Shown here: piece after piece, positions 1-9,379 of the stretch
Layout: each line of letters starts with the position of its first letter
How positions within the stretch are numbered: the stretch's first letter is position 1
DNA from: Bacillota bacterium
GTDB taxonomy: Bacteria; Bacillota; Negativicutes; Sporomusales; CTSoil-080
NCBI GenBank assembly: GCA_017889625.1
Contig: JAGGAD010000002.1
Location: forward strand, 39,761 to 103,760
DNA: 64,000 bases
Direction: 5' to 3'
Position numbers and translations under genes: made by a program
The notes under the pieces: model-generated
What the model saw: the letters and a program-made list of their open reading frames with translations, nothing else
Told to the model about the DNA's origin: nothing
Databases searched by the model: none

Positions 1-318
1 GTTCGAGATTTTTTTACCGAAATCGCGACAATTATTAATACAAAAGGCTGGGTGTCGCCGGGGCAGGCTTTCGTGGAGACCTTGAGCAAAATGCAGGATA
101 AATTGGCTATTTATCATCCGGAAAGGGAGATTATCTTAATGTTAGGGGCAAGCCTGGGGGCCATTGACCGTAATGAACAGCAAAAACAGTTGGATTTAGC
201 CAAAGCAGAGTTGGAGAAAATCCATCGTGAAGCAATTGTAGAACGCGATCAGAATGTTAAGATGTATCGCTACCTTGGGGTTTGTGCAGGCCTGACCACC
301 GCTATACTGTTAGTCTGA
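1..318 (+). CDS. spoIIIAB: Stage III sporulation protein AB, 5'-truncated by window edge
   Basis: Frame 1 is open from base 1 to TGA at 316-318. The C-terminal sequence (LGASLGAIDRNEQQKQLDLAKAELEKIHREA plus a terminal TM segment) and the position directly upstream of spoIIIAC-AH fit SpoIIIAB. Confidence 0.8.
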   Translation, partial: VRDFFTEIATIINTKGWVSPGQAFVETLSKMQDKLAIYHPEREIILMLGASLGAIDRNEQQKQLDLAKAELEKIHREAIVERDQNVKMYRYLGVCAGLTTAILLV

Positions 319-329
319 GGAGGAGAATA

Positions 330-527
330 ATGGGGCTGGATATATTATTTAAGATTGCCGGGGTAGGAATTCTTATTTCGGTTATTCATACAGCACTTAA
401 ACAGGCTGGCAAGGAAGACATGGCTCAGTTATGTACGTTAGCCGGGTTTGCAATTGTTCTTCTTTGGGTAGTGCAATTGTTGAGCCAGCTTTTCACTACT
501 GTACAGAGCGTTTTTAAGTTGTTTTGA
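330..527 (+). CDS. spoIIIAC: Stage III sporulation protein AC (65 aa, two TM segments)
   Basis: ATG at 330 follows the RBS GAGGAGGAG (317-325). The sequence MGLDILFKIAGVGILISVIHTALKQAGKED is typical of SpoIIIAC. The upstream extension to 282 overlaps spoIIIAB and lacks an RBS. Confidence 0.9.
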   Translation: MGLDILFKIAGVGILISVIHTALKQAGKEDMAQLCTLAGFAIVLLWVVQLLSQLFTTVQSVFKLF

Positions 528-538
528 GGGGTGCGGCA

Positions 539-925
539 ATGGAAATTGTGCAGATTGTCGGGCTTGGGTTTATCGCAACTTTACTTATCCTGGTTATTCG
601 CAGTAAGAAACCTGAAATTGCCGTCCAACTAAGTTTAGTGTTGGCAATAATAATTTTTTTAATGGTATTGGACAAAATTAGCATGGTTATTACTCTAATC
701 AGAGATTTAGCGGATAAGGCCAATGTCAGTCAATTGTATCTTAATACTATTTTAAAAATAATCGGTATTGCTTACATAACCGAATTTGGGGCTCAAGTGT
801 GCCGTGATGCCGGGGAGGGAGCAGTGGCCGGAAAAATCGAGTTTGCGGGTAAGGTACTAGTACTGGTACTAGCGATACCAATTATTGCCTTGGTGTTAGA
901 AACCATAGTAAAACTGCTTCCCTGA
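539..925 (+). CDS. spoIIIAD: Stage III sporulation protein AD
   Basis: ATG at 539 lies 6 nt after GAGGGG. The 128-aa polytopic protein carries IGIAYITEFGAQVCRDAGEGAVAGKIEFAGKV, which is characteristic of SpoIIIAD. Confidence 0.9.
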   Translation: MEIVQIVGLGFIATLLILVIRSKKPEIAVQLSLVLAIIIFLMVLDKISMVITLIRDLADKANVSQLYLNTILKIIGIAYITEFGAQVCRDAGEGAVAGKIEFAGKVLVLVLAIPIIALVLETIVKLLP

Positions 926-936
926 AGGTGGCGTAA

Positions 937-2103
937 ATGAAAATTAGGATACTGGTATTAATTTTATGCTTATTAACTATTGGCAGTTGTGCTGCGGCTG
1001 AACTGCCTACGGATGATAATGATATTACAGGACAGATTCTAAAGACCTTATCGTTGAATGAAGTGAATAATTTTATCACTAAAATTAATTATGAGTTGGG
1101 TGAAGATATCCCACTATTAAACAATGAATCAATCAAAAAAATTGCTGCCGCTGGTTTGTCGTTGGATTGGGCAACCATAAAACAGGCTGTTTTGTCGCGA
1201 TTCTTTCGTGAATTAGCGGCTAATATACATTTGATGGGGAAATTATTGTTTCTGGCGGTACTATCGGCTTTGCTGCAAAACCTGTTAAATTCATTCGAAC
1301 GGTCATCAATTTCTACTTTAGCAAATAGTATCTGTCATATATTTATAATGGTAATTGCATTAACGGCGTTTTATAATGCTATGCAACTTGCTCAAAATAC
1401 TGTCGGAATTATGGTTGGGTTTATGGAGGCGCTATTACCACTGTTAATTACCTTGTTGGCCGGAGTGGGAGCGGTGACGTCGGCCGCGCTATTTTCGCCG
1501 TTGATGCTGTTTGTAGTGACTTCAATCAGTGTCCTTGTTAAAGATATTGTTTTACCATTGTTGTTTTTATCGGCCGTACTTCATTGTGTTAACTTTTTTT
1601 CTGATTACTATCGTCTCAGTAATTTAAGTTCGCTATTAAAGCAGGCTGGTGTAGTGATAATGGGATTTACGATGGTGATATTTGTCGGAGTTATCACCAT
1701 CCAAGGCGTGGCGGGAGGGGTTGCCGATGGAATTGGCTTAAGAACGGCTAAATATGCGGCGTCGACGTTTATCCCAGTTGTCGGTAAGATGTTTGCGGAT
1801 ACTGTGGAGTTAGTTATGGGAGCATCGTTGTTAGTAAAGAATGCCGTGGGAATTTTCGGTATTGGAACAGTAGCTACTATTTGTGCATTTCCGCTTATAA
1901 AAATGATTTCACTGATTGTCGTTATGAAAGTATCCGGGGCTCTTGTTCAGCCGCTAGGTGATGAAAAAATTGCCAAAAGCCTGGATACTATCGGGGATAA
2001 TTTATTGCTTATTCTTGCTGGGGTAACGGCTGTGGCATTGATGATGTTTTTGGCAATAACGATTATTATTGGTGTAGGCAGTATGGCGATGATGCTCCGG
2101 TAA
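937..2103 (+). CDS. spoIIIAE: Stage III sporulation protein AE
   Basis: A 388-aa protein with an N-terminal signal-like segment and multiple TM helices. RBS is GAAGGTGG. It sits at the expected position in the spoIIIA operon. Confidence 0.9.
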   Translation: MKIRILVLILCLLTIGSCAAAELPTDDNDITGQILKTLSLNEVNNFITKINYELGEDIPLLNNESIKKIAAAGLSLDWATIKQAVLSRFFRELAANIHLMGKLLFLAVLSALLQNLLNSFERSSISTLANSICHIFIMVIALTAFYNAMQLAQNTVGIMVGFMEALLPLLITLLAGVGAVTSAALFSPLMLFVVTSISVLVKDIVLPLLFLSAVLHCVNFFSDYYRLSNLSSLLKQAGVVIMGFTMVIFVGVITIQGVAGGVADGIGLRTAKYAASTFIPVVGKMFADTVELVMGASLLVKNAVGIFGIGTVATICAFPLIKMISLIVVMKVSGALVQPLGDEKIAKSLDTIGDNLLLILAGVTAVALMMFLAITIIIGVGSMAMMLR

Positions 2104-2129
2104 TTTAGTCTATAGGGGTGGAAAACTGC

Positions 2130-2732
2130 ATGGCTTGGCTTACAATGTGGATTAAAACTTTAATTATGGTAGTGCTGTTTGCCGCGTTTCTGGAGCTATT
2201 ATTGCCAACAAGCAGTATGCAGCGTTTTGTGCGTCTTATCATGGGACTCATCATTATGCTAGCAATTTTAAATCCGGTAATTGAACTTTTCCACGGGGAT
2301 GGTTTTCGTCAGCCCTTGGAGGCTGTTGCCGCATGGAAACCGGAGGCCTTGGAGGTAAGTGCTAGTGATAATAGTGCCATAGTACACGAGCGGGATAGAT
2401 TGGCTCAAGAGTTGTATTGCAAAGAACTGTCCCAGCAAATTGCGGCAGTGGTGCTGCCACTTGAGGGGGTAGCTGATGCTAAGGTTGTGGTAAAACTGGC
2501 GCAAACCAAAGAGGGTAAAGTTGGGGCATTAGAAAGGGTAAATATCTATATAAAACCCGGTACGGGTTCAAAGTTCGGCGCAGTAGACAAGGTGGTAATT
2601 GCCGGGGCTGATAAAAAGGTGTCAGTTCCGATAAGTCCGGCATTAAAGCAGAAAGTAATTAGCACTGTAGCCGGTTTGTATCAGTTGAAAAATGAACAGA
2701 TTGAAATAATGGAGTTAGATGAAACCAAATGA
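2130..2732 (+). CDS. spoIIIAF: Stage III sporulation protein AF
   Basis: ATG at 2130 follows AGGGGTGG. The N-terminus MAWLTMWIKTLIMVVLFAAFLELLLPTSSMQRF matches the SpoIIIAF N-terminal pattern. The track start at 2118 (GTG) has no RBS. Confidence 0.85.
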   Translation: MAWLTMWIKTLIMVVLFAAFLELLLPTSSMQRFVRLIMGLIIMLAILNPVIELFHGDGFRQPLEAVAAWKPEALEVSASDNSAIVHERDRLAQELYCKELSQQIAAVVLPLEGVADAKVVVKLAQTKEGKVGALERVNIYIKPGTGSKFGAVDKVVIAGADKKVSVPISPALKQKVISTVAGLYQLKNEQIEIMELDETK

Positions 2733-2748
2733 CTCTAGGAGGGGAAAC

Positions 2749-3357
2749 ATGAGTGTCATGGGGGAATTAGGCGAAGCCAAAAAAAAGCTATGGTCGTCAT
2801 TCAATTTAAAACAGGCCGGAATTAGTCCACGGCTTATCGTTATTGGTATCATTGGAGTTGTTTTATTAATTATGGGGGGAGTTTTTGAAACTAAGTCCGG
2901 CACCAAGCCTGAAGCTGAAGTTTCGCCTCCGGCGGCAAATTCTGCACCTATTGCCCCTAAGGCTTATGAGGATATCCTGGAGGCTAAATTAGGCAATTTA
3001 TTATCCCAAGTAAAAGGTGCGGGGATGGTGGCGGTAAATATTACCTTAGAAAATGGGCCAGCTGAGGAATATGCTCAAAATGTGGTTAAGGAGAGCAAGA
3101 CGGTCTCGGAAAAGGACACTAGTGGTGGTGTTCGTACCACTGTCGAATCGAAAGAAAGCAAACAACTTTTATTAAGTAAGGATAATGGTGTTGATCGTCC
3201 GGTGGTGGTTAAAGAAGTAAAACCAGTAATCAAAGGTGTGCTGGTAGTGGCTGAGGGGGCGCATGATTCTAATGTTAAAGCCAATCTGGTTAGGGCTGTT
3301 CAATCAGTGTTGGGGATTCCGTCCTATAAGATAACGGTATTGCCGCAACGAAAGTGA
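2749..3357 (+). CDS. spoIIIAG: Stage III sporulation protein AG
   Basis: ATG at 2749 follows GGAGGGG. It has a single N-terminal TM segment and a C-terminal domain ending VIKGVLVVAEGAHDSNVKANLVRAVQSVLGIPSYKITVLP, as in SpoIIIAG. Confidence 0.85.
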   Translation: MSVMGELGEAKKKLWSSFNLKQAGISPRLIVIGIIGVVLLIMGGVFETKSGTKPEAEVSPPAANSAPIAPKAYEDILEAKLGNLLSQVKGAGMVAVNITLENGPAEEYAQNVVKESKTVSEKDTSGGVRTTVESKESKQLLLSKDNGVDRPVVVKEVKPVIKGVLVVAEGAHDSNVKANLVRAVQSVLGIPSYKITVLPQRK

Positions 3358-3367
3358 GGGTAAGACG

Positions 3368-3898
3368 ATGTTGATCCTTAAAATAAAAAAACCAAATAGT
3401 TTGGTTTTTGGCATGGTTACTTTTGTGGTTGTAGTCTTGGTTGTGCTAAGTTTGTGGAGTTATCGCCGGGAAAATTCGGTGGCAAAAGCAGATAGGGGTA
3501 CGGCAATGCAGGTATCAACAACGGTAGATATGAACGCGCAAAGTCAGCTGAATCAGGATTTTTTTGTGGAATGCCGTTTGGAACGCGACCGGCTTAGAAG
3601 TGAACATTCTGATGTATTACGCGAAGTTATAAAAACAGCGGAAAATGATGAGCTGCGGCAAAAAGCTCGTAATGATGTGCTTAAGATTGTGGTTGAGAAG
3701 GAACGCGAAACTGAAATGGAAAATTTAATCAAGGCCCGTGGGTATACTGACGCGCTGGTGCTAATCGAGGATACTGCAGTTAGTGTTGTAGTCAAGACAA
3801 ATTCTTTATCGCGTGAAAATGTGCTAGAAATAGCCGATATTATCAGTCGCGTTTCCGGGGCCAAACCTGAGGATATTACGATTAGTGCTAAAGAGTAA
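3368..3898 (+). CDS. spoIIIAH: Stage III sporulation protein AH
   Basis: Last gene of the operon. It has an N-terminal TM segment, a charged coiled region and a C-terminal YscJ/FliF-like segment (ALVLIEDTAVSVVVKT). Confidence 0.8.
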   Translation: MLILKIKKPNSLVFGMVTFVVVVLVVLSLWSYRRENSVAKADRGTAMQVSTTVDMNAQSQLNQDFFVECRLERDRLRSEHSDVLREVIKTAENDELRQKARNDVLKIVVEKERETEMENLIKARGYTDALVLIEDTAVSVVVKTNSLSRENVLEIADIISRVSGAKPEDITISAKE

Positions 3899-4007
3899 AG
3901 CTTGACGAAATGAAGAGACTAAGGAGTGCTTAAACGGCGCAACCTGGTCTCTTTGCCATTTGTCAAACGTCATTAATGTTGGCTGCCCCAAGTTCACTGC
4001 AGAATAT

Positions 4008-4037
4008 TTGCTATATATCGGAAAAGTCTGGTATAAT
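4008..4037 (+). promoter_or_regulatory. Sigma-A-type promoter candidate for the asp23 operon
   Basis: TTGCTA (4008-4013), an 18-nt spacer, and TGg-TATAAT (extended -10; TATAAT at 4032-4037). Confidence 0.4.
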
Positions 4038-4103
4038 ATTAAAGCTATAAAATATTGTTTGTATTAGAAATCAGTGAGTATTTTGACGAATGGGGGGCTA
4101 AGC

Positions 4104-4496
4104 ATGGAAAAGCCTGAACGAACAGAACGCACCGATGCTGGATCGATTAGAATAGCTGATGAGGTAGTTGGAATTATCGCCGGGATGTCAGCAACAGAAG
4201 TGCCTGGAGTTGCCGGAATGAGTGGCGGGTTGGCTGGCGGTATAGCCGAAATGCTAGGTAAGAAAAATTTGTCCAAAGGGGTTAAGGTTGAAGTCGGCGA
4301 GCGGGAAGCGGCAGTAGATTTATTCATTATTGCCGAATATGGTGTCCGCATCCCAGATGTGGCACTAAAAGTTCAGGAAAATGTGAAACGTGCCATTGAA
4401 AATATGACAGGATTAGATGTAGTTGAGGTTAATATTCATGTTCAAGGCGTTGGTTTTGCGGTTGACTCTAAAGAAGAGGATTTCCGGGTGCGCTAG
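4104..4496 (+). CDS. Asp23/Gls24 family alkaline-shock/envelope stress protein
   Basis: ATG at 4104 lies 6 nt after GGGGGG. Contains IADEVVGIIAGMSATEVPGVAGMSGG and EVNIHVQGV, which are typical of the Asp23 family. Confidence 0.85.
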   Translation: MEKPERTERTDAGSIRIADEVVGIIAGMSATEVPGVAGMSGGLAGGIAEMLGKKNLSKGVKVEVGEREAAVDLFIIAEYGVRIPDVALKVQENVKRAIENMTGLDVVEVNIHVQGVGFAVDSKEEDFRVR

Positions 4497-4509
4497 AAAG
4501 GAGTAACTT

Positions 4510-5052
4510 ATGGGCATATTTGACAGGATAATTTTGACGGTTTATACTATTATGTTGTCGTTTTTGTCACTGGGCGTAATTGCTATCTCATTGCGCCTTA
4601 TTCCTTTGGAATGGGTTGGGACAAGTGTTTATTCTGCTTATGGGCATTGGGAGGCTAGTTTAATCGGGGCGGTATTTTTTCTTGTCAGCATCCGGTTGCT
4701 CCTAGCTGGGATCAGATCAAGACGTAGTGTGAAAAATACGATTGTGTATCACAATGAAATGGGTGACGTGTATGTTGCCATTAATGCGGTAGAAAATCTT
4801 GTGGAAAGAGTAGCCCGTCATGTACACGGAGTCAGGGATGTAAAGGTTTTTGCCCGTCACACTTCCGAAGGTTTGAAAATTACGCTTAAAGCGGCTGTAA
4901 GCCCGGAAACAAACATTCCAAGTGTAACTGCAGAAATGCAACAGAAGATTTTTGATAATGTAAAAAGTACGGTGGGTGTGGAACTTGCAGATATGAGAGT
5001 TCTTGTCGAAAATATTTCTAATGACTTTAAAGCGAAAAATCGGGTGGTATAG
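4510..5052 (+). CDS. Alkaline shock response membrane anchor protein (AmaP-like)
   Basis: It has two N-terminal TM segments plus an Asp23-like soluble domain. It lies immediately downstream of asp23, as in the known asp23-amaP arrangement. RBS is AAGGAG. Confidence 0.7.
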   Translation: MGIFDRIILTVYTIMLSFLSLGVIAISLRLIPLEWVGTSVYSAYGHWEASLIGAVFFLVSIRLLLAGIRSRRSVKNTIVYHNEMGDVYVAINAVENLVERVARHVHGVRDVKVFARHTSEGLKITLKAAVSPETNIPSVTAEMQQKIFDNVKSTVGVELADMRVLVENISNDFKAKNRVV

Positions 5053-5061
5053 GAGGACGCT

Positions 5062-5289
5062 ATGGATCGTAATTTGTTGAAAGATCTTTGGCAACAGCAT
5101 AGCGGTAAAATTATCGGAGGACTTACCGGTCTGATTTTAGGCGTCTTAATTATCTGTTTCGGGTTTTTTCGTACCCTATTTGTTCTTATTTGCGTAATCG
5201 CCGGTTATATTGTGGGTAAGCGCATTGATGAAAAAGAAGATATAATGGAAATTTTGGACCGATTATTACCACCGGGTTATCATCGTTAA
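5062..5289 (+). CDS. Small integral membrane protein (DUF2273-like)
   Basis: A 75-aa protein with two TM segments (GKIIGGLTGLILGVLIICFGFF). RBS is TAGGAGGA. It is the third member of the conserved asp23 triad. Confidence 0.6.
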   Translation: MDRNLLKDLWQQHSGKIIGGLTGLILGVLIICFGFFRTLFVLICVIAGYIVGKRIDEKEDIMEILDRLLPPGYHR

Positions 5290-5308
5290 TGAAAAGAGGG
5301 AATACTTT

Positions 5309-5719
5309 ATGAGTCGCAGAAAAGCTAGGGAGCTTGCACTGCAAACATTGTTTCAGCTGGATTTTAATCATATTGAAATGGATGTAGCATTAGCCGGTGT
5401 GGCGGAGGAGTTTGGCGCAATCAGCGAAAAATCCCGGTCTTACGCTACTAATTTGGTTATGGGAACTAAGGAACATTTGGCGGAAATTGATGCTATTATT
5501 GAGGAACGGTCTGAGGAATGGTCAGTTGCCCGTATGCCTGGAGTGGACCGTAATATTGCCAGAATGGCAGTTTTTGAGCTTGCTTTTAGTAAGGAAGATA
5601 TCCCCCAAAATGTTGTAGTAAATGAAGCGGTAGAGTTGGCAAAGACTTTTGGTACCGATGCATCCAGCCGGTTTATTAACGGAGTTCTGGGGGCATTGAT
5701 AAAGAATAAGGTGCAGTGA
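5309..5719 (+). CDS. nusB: Transcription antitermination factor NusB
   Basis: Contains MSRRKARELALQTLFQLDF and FINGVLG, the NusB hallmarks. Confidence 0.95.
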   Translation: MSRRKARELALQTLFQLDFNHIEMDVALAGVAEEFGAISEKSRSYATNLVMGTKEHLAEIDAIIEERSEEWSVARMPGVDRNIARMAVFELAFSKEDIPQNVVVNEAVELAKTFGTDASSRFINGVLGALIKNKVQ

Positions 5720-6660
5720 TGAGATGTGTACTAGGTATCGATACTAGTTGTTATACCACTTCGGTCGCACTGTTTTCAGAGGATGGCCGTTTAATTAGTG
5801 ATAGCCGCCGCTTACTTGAAGTTAAGTCTGGCGGCCGGGGGCTGGCGCAGTCCGAGATGGTCTACCAGCATACCAGGCATTTTCCTGATGTTTTGGTTAA
5901 AGCTATCACAGAGGCCGTATCTGAGATAAAAATAACGCGCATAGGGGTAACCACTATGCCCAGGCCGGTAGCAGATTCGTTTATGCCGGCTTTTTTAGTG
6001 GGCGATAGCTTTGCTAAGGTGCTATCGGTAACGCACCAGGCTAAGTGTTGTCCCTTAAGCCATCAGGAAAATCACATTTTAGCCGGTCTTTGGTCAGCCG
6101 GGGGGCCTAAGACAACGCGTTTTCTCGCAGTACATGTTTCTGGCGGCACTACCGAGGTTGCGGAAGTAACGTATAATCAGCCTAATATGACTGTCAATTT
6201 GATTGGTGGCAGTAGTGATATTGCTGCCGGGCAATTTGTTGATCGGATCGGGGTGGCCTTAGGGTTGGCGTTTCCGGCGGGCCCTAAACTTGAATTGTTG
6301 GCAAAGGCGGCGCAGAATGCACCAACATTGTTGCCGGTAGCGGCAAGACAATTGTCGATAAGTTTCGCCGGACCGGAGTCTCATGCGCGAAGACTCATGG
6401 ACAAGGGAGAAAGCCCGGCGGCAATAGCGGCCGGGGTTCAGTTATGCGTGGCGAAGACTTTGGCAAAGTTAATTAGTGCGGCGATGGACCGCACTGGTCT
6501 AACCGATATTTTGCTTGTTGGCGGAGTAGGTTCCAACCTGTTTATTCGGGATTTTTTAATTAAAAAATTGGCGATAGTTGGCGGAAGTTTGTATTTTCCT
6601 GAGCCGCAATTTAGTTCCGATAATGCGGTAGGCGCAGCCTGGTTCGCTCTTAATAATTAA
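5719..6660 (+). CDS. Kae1/TsaD-like (peptidase M22/glycoprotease family) ASKHA-fold protein, paralog of unknown role
   Basis: Contains VLGIDTSCYTTSVAL (phosphate-1-like), SHQENH (an HxxxH-like metal site) and LLVGGVGSN. The ATG at 5719 overlaps the nusB TGA (TGATG). An alternative GTG lies at 5716. Confidence 0.6.
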   Translation: MRCVLGIDTSCYTTSVALFSEDGRLISDSRRLLEVKSGGRGLAQSEMVYQHTRHFPDVLVKAITEAVSEIKITRIGVTTMPRPVADSFMPAFLVGDSFAKVLSVTHQAKCCPLSHQENHILAGLWSAGGPKTTRFLAVHVSGGTTEVAEVTYNQPNMTVNLIGGSSDIAAGQFVDRIGVALGLAFPAGPKLELLAKAAQNAPTLLPVAARQLSISFAGPESHARRLMDKGESPAAIAAGVQLCVAKTLAKLISAAMDRTGLTDILLVGGVGSNLFIRDFLIKKLAIVGGSLYFPEPQFSSDNAVGAAWFALNN

Positions 6661-6830
6661 TTGTGAAATATATTGTAGTCAGATGGTAATATGTATAAAT
6701 AAATGAACTTATAATTACAAGCGGTTTTATCGATAACATTTAAGATTGGCTAATGGTTAGCAATTGTGTCAACTTTTGCATATGATATATCATCCTTAGT
6801 GATTTTGTATCAGCGGCGGAGGTGACAGGT

Positions 6831-6968
6831 ATGCTTTTCTATATAATATGCGGTGCAGTGATTGGACTTTTTATCGGACATCTTATTCCACCCGGCCATT
6901 TTTTCTGGTTTATTGTCGGAGCGATCAGCGGTTTTTTAACTCAACGCCACTTGTACCGTAAATTTTAG
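6831..6968 (+). CDS. Hypothetical 45-aa hydrophobic peptide
   Basis: Below the ORF-track size cut-off. ATG at 6831 follows GGAGGTGA (6819-6826). The product MLFYIICGAVIGLFIGHLIPPGHFFWFIVGAISGFLTQRHLYRKF has two predicted TM segments and a basic tail. Confidence 0.3.
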   Translation: MLFYIICGAVIGLFIGHLIPPGHFFWFIVGAISGFLTQRHLYRKF

Positions 6969-7023
6969 GGGTATCCCGATACAGATGTCGCATTTGTGCA
7001 GGATATTGTTTGATTGAGAATAG

Positions 7024-8259
7024 GTGATTGTTATTAATATATTAAGTGTAAGTGCCCTAACGCGGTATATCAAATCAATTTTAGAGTCTGACACAACCCT
7101 ACGTGATGTGATGGTGCGCGGTGAGATATCCAATTTTAAACGCCATTATTCCGGGCACTGTTATTTTACTTTAAAAGATAGTGATTCAACGCTAAAAGCA
7201 GTGATGTTTCGTGGCAGGGCTCAGTTTTTAAAGTTTGAACCCCATGATGGTCTTAAGGTAATTGCCGGGGGAAATATTTCACTGTTTGAGCGGGACGGTC
7301 AATATCAATTATATGTGCAGCAACTCATTCCCGAGGGGATGGGTGAACTTAGTCTGGCGTTTGCGCAATTAAGGGACAAGCTAGCGGCGGAAGGGTTATT
7401 TGATGAAATTCGGAAAAAGGAACTTCCTTTTCTGCCCAGCCGAGTGGGAATTGTGACTTCTCCTACGGGGGCGGCGATTAGGGATATCGTTACTGTTGCT
7501 AAAAGACGGTATCCTAGGGTTCAGCTAATGTTGTATCCGGTACAAGTACAAGGCCCGGATTCTCCGGAACAGGTTGCCAGGGGTATCAGGTTGTTGAACC
7601 AAAGCGACAAAGTGGATGTTATTATTGTCGGGCGGGGCGGCGGCAGTATTGAAGAATTATGGTCGTTTAATGATGAAAAAGTGGTTCGGGCTATTGCGGC
7701 TTCAAGTATTCCGGTGGTCTCAGCTGTCGGTCACCAGACTGATTATACTTTAGCTGACTTTGTTGCTGACCGTCGGGCCGCCACTCCTTCTCAGGCCGCG
7801 GAGTTAGTGGTGCCTGATGTTAAGGAATTGACTAAATATATTATTACATTAAGCAATAGTTTGGAAACTAATGTTTTAAATATGGTAGCCAGTCGCCGTT
7901 ATCGTTTAGAAGCTTGTTTATCTAGCCGTGTTTTTCAGCAACCGGAACTTATTTTGACGGACAAACGTCAACTGCTGGATGGATATATTCAGATAATGCA
8001 GGATAGTCTTCGTAAAACTTTATTAACTAAACGTCACCAGTTTCATCTAGCGGCAGAAAAAATGGCGATGCTTAATCCTTTGGCGGTTTTGGAACGTGGT
8101 TACAGCATCGTCCGTACTTATGATAAACATCTTATAAGGCGCACCGGCGAAGTCGTCCCTGGCGAACGGCTGGAGATTGTGTTAACTGATGGAACTATTC
8201 GGGTTGAAGTACTTGAGTCTGATGGGAGTGTAGATGATGCGAAAAAAGCAGACTGCTGA
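7024..8259 (+). CDS. xseA: Exodeoxyribonuclease VII large subunit
   Basis: The N-terminal OB-fold motif GEISNFKRHYSGHCYFTLKD and the motif GRGGGSIEELWSFNDE are present. GTG start. Confidence 0.95.
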   Translation: MIVINILSVSALTRYIKSILESDTTLRDVMVRGEISNFKRHYSGHCYFTLKDSDSTLKAVMFRGRAQFLKFEPHDGLKVIAGGNISLFERDGQYQLYVQQLIPEGMGELSLAFAQLRDKLAAEGLFDEIRKKELPFLPSRVGIVTSPTGAAIRDIVTVAKRRYPRVQLMLYPVQVQGPDSPEQVARGIRLLNQSDKVDVIIVGRGGGSIEELWSFNDEKVVRAIAASSIPVVSAVGHQTDYTLADFVADRRAATPSQAAELVVPDVKELTKYIITLSNSLETNVLNMVASRRYRLEACLSSRVFQQPELILTDKRQLLDGYIQIMQDSLRKTLLTKRHQFHLAAEKMAMLNPLAVLERGYSIVRTYDKHLIRRTGEVVPGERLEIVLTDGTIRVEVLESDGSVDDAKKADC

Positions 8260-8491
8260 TAAAGTAATTGTTTTCGAAGAAGCCCTAGCACAGCTGGAAA
8301 TTATTGTAAAAGAACTGGAAAGTGGCGAATTACCTTTAGAAGAAGCTCTAGAAAAATTTTCCGAAGGTATGAAGCTTTCTCAGCTTTGTCTTACCAGATT
8401 AAATACTGCTGAGCGGGACATTGATAAAATGTTACGCGAAGAAAAAGAAACTTTGGTTGAGTACCCCTTGGAACTTGAGGAGGCCGATTAA
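8234..8491 (+). CDS. xseB: Exodeoxyribonuclease VII small subunit
   Basis: Contains FEEALAQLEIIVKELESGELPLEEALEKFSEGMKL. It overlaps the xseA 3' end. An alternative ATG lies at 8237. Confidence 0.9.
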   Translation: MMRKKQTADKVIVFEEALAQLEIIVKELESGELPLEEALEKFSEGMKLSQLCLTRLNTAERDIDKMLREEKETLVEYPLELEEAD

Positions 8492-9366
8492 TGCTAAAGG
8501 AATATATTAAAGGGCGCTTACCGGCTATTGATGAAGCCTTGGATAGATTTTTACCGCTGACCAATTATCCGTCCCATATTTTTGAAGCGATGCGCTACAG
8601 CGTGTTTGCGGGGGGGAAACGGTTGCGCCCAATCTTGCTGATGGCCGCAGCTGAAGCAGTTGGTAAGTCTGGAAGCGCTTTTATTAATGTTGCCTGTGGG
8701 ATGGAGATGATCCATACCTATTCGTTGATTCATGATGATTTACCAGCAATGGATAATGATGATCTTCGCCGAGGCAAACCAACTAATCATAAGGTTTTCG
8801 GCGAAGCTGTTGCCATATTAGCCGGTGATGGGCTACTGACGGAAGCTTTTAAGGTTATGCTGGCTCAGCCGAATGTTGCGCCTGAGATATTAGTAACTGT
8901 TGTTGGCGAAATTGCGGCCGCAGCTGGAGCTATGGGAATGGTCGGCGGACAGACGATTGATTTAATGGCCGAAGGAAAAACTATTGATGGTGAGACTCTT
9001 AAACGTATGCACCAGGCTAAAACGGGGGCGCTATTTAAGGCAGCCATCCGTTCCGGTGCACGTCTGGCTGGCGCCAGTGGTGTAAAGTTGGCTGCTTTGA
9101 CGGAATATGCCGAGCAATTTGGTTTGGCGTTCCAAATCACTGACGATATTTTAGATGTTGTAGGTGTAGAAGAGAAGATCGGCAAACCACTTGGCAGTGA
9201 TGTTAAAAACAACAAAGTAACATATGTTTCGTTGTATTCGTTGGAAGGCGCAAAGAAAATGGCAGATGAGGCCGTTGATCGTGCTATTAATGCTTTAGAT
9301 GATTTCGGGGATGAAGCAACTATTTTGCGGGACTTTGTGCATTATCTCGTAAATCGCGATAGTTGA
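8491..9366 (+). CDS. ispA: (2E,6E)-farnesyl diphosphate synthase / polyprenyl synthetase
   Basis: First and second aspartate-rich motifs are LIHDDLPAMDNDDLRRGKPT and FQITDDILD. The start overlaps the xseB stop (TAATG). Confidence 0.9.
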   Translation: MLKEYIKGRLPAIDEALDRFLPLTNYPSHIFEAMRYSVFAGGKRLRPILLMAAAEAVGKSGSAFINVACGMEMIHTYSLIHDDLPAMDNDDLRRGKPTNHKVFGEAVAILAGDGLLTEAFKVMLAQPNVAPEILVTVVGEIAAAAGAMGMVGGQTIDLMAEGKTIDGETLKRMHQAKTGALFKAAIRSGARLAGASGVKLAALTEYAEQFGLAFQITDDILDVVGVEEKIGKPLGSDVKNNKVTYVSLYSLEGAKKMADEAVDRAINALDDFGDEATILRDFVHYLVNRDS

Positions 9367-9379
9367 GGTGTAACTCGAT

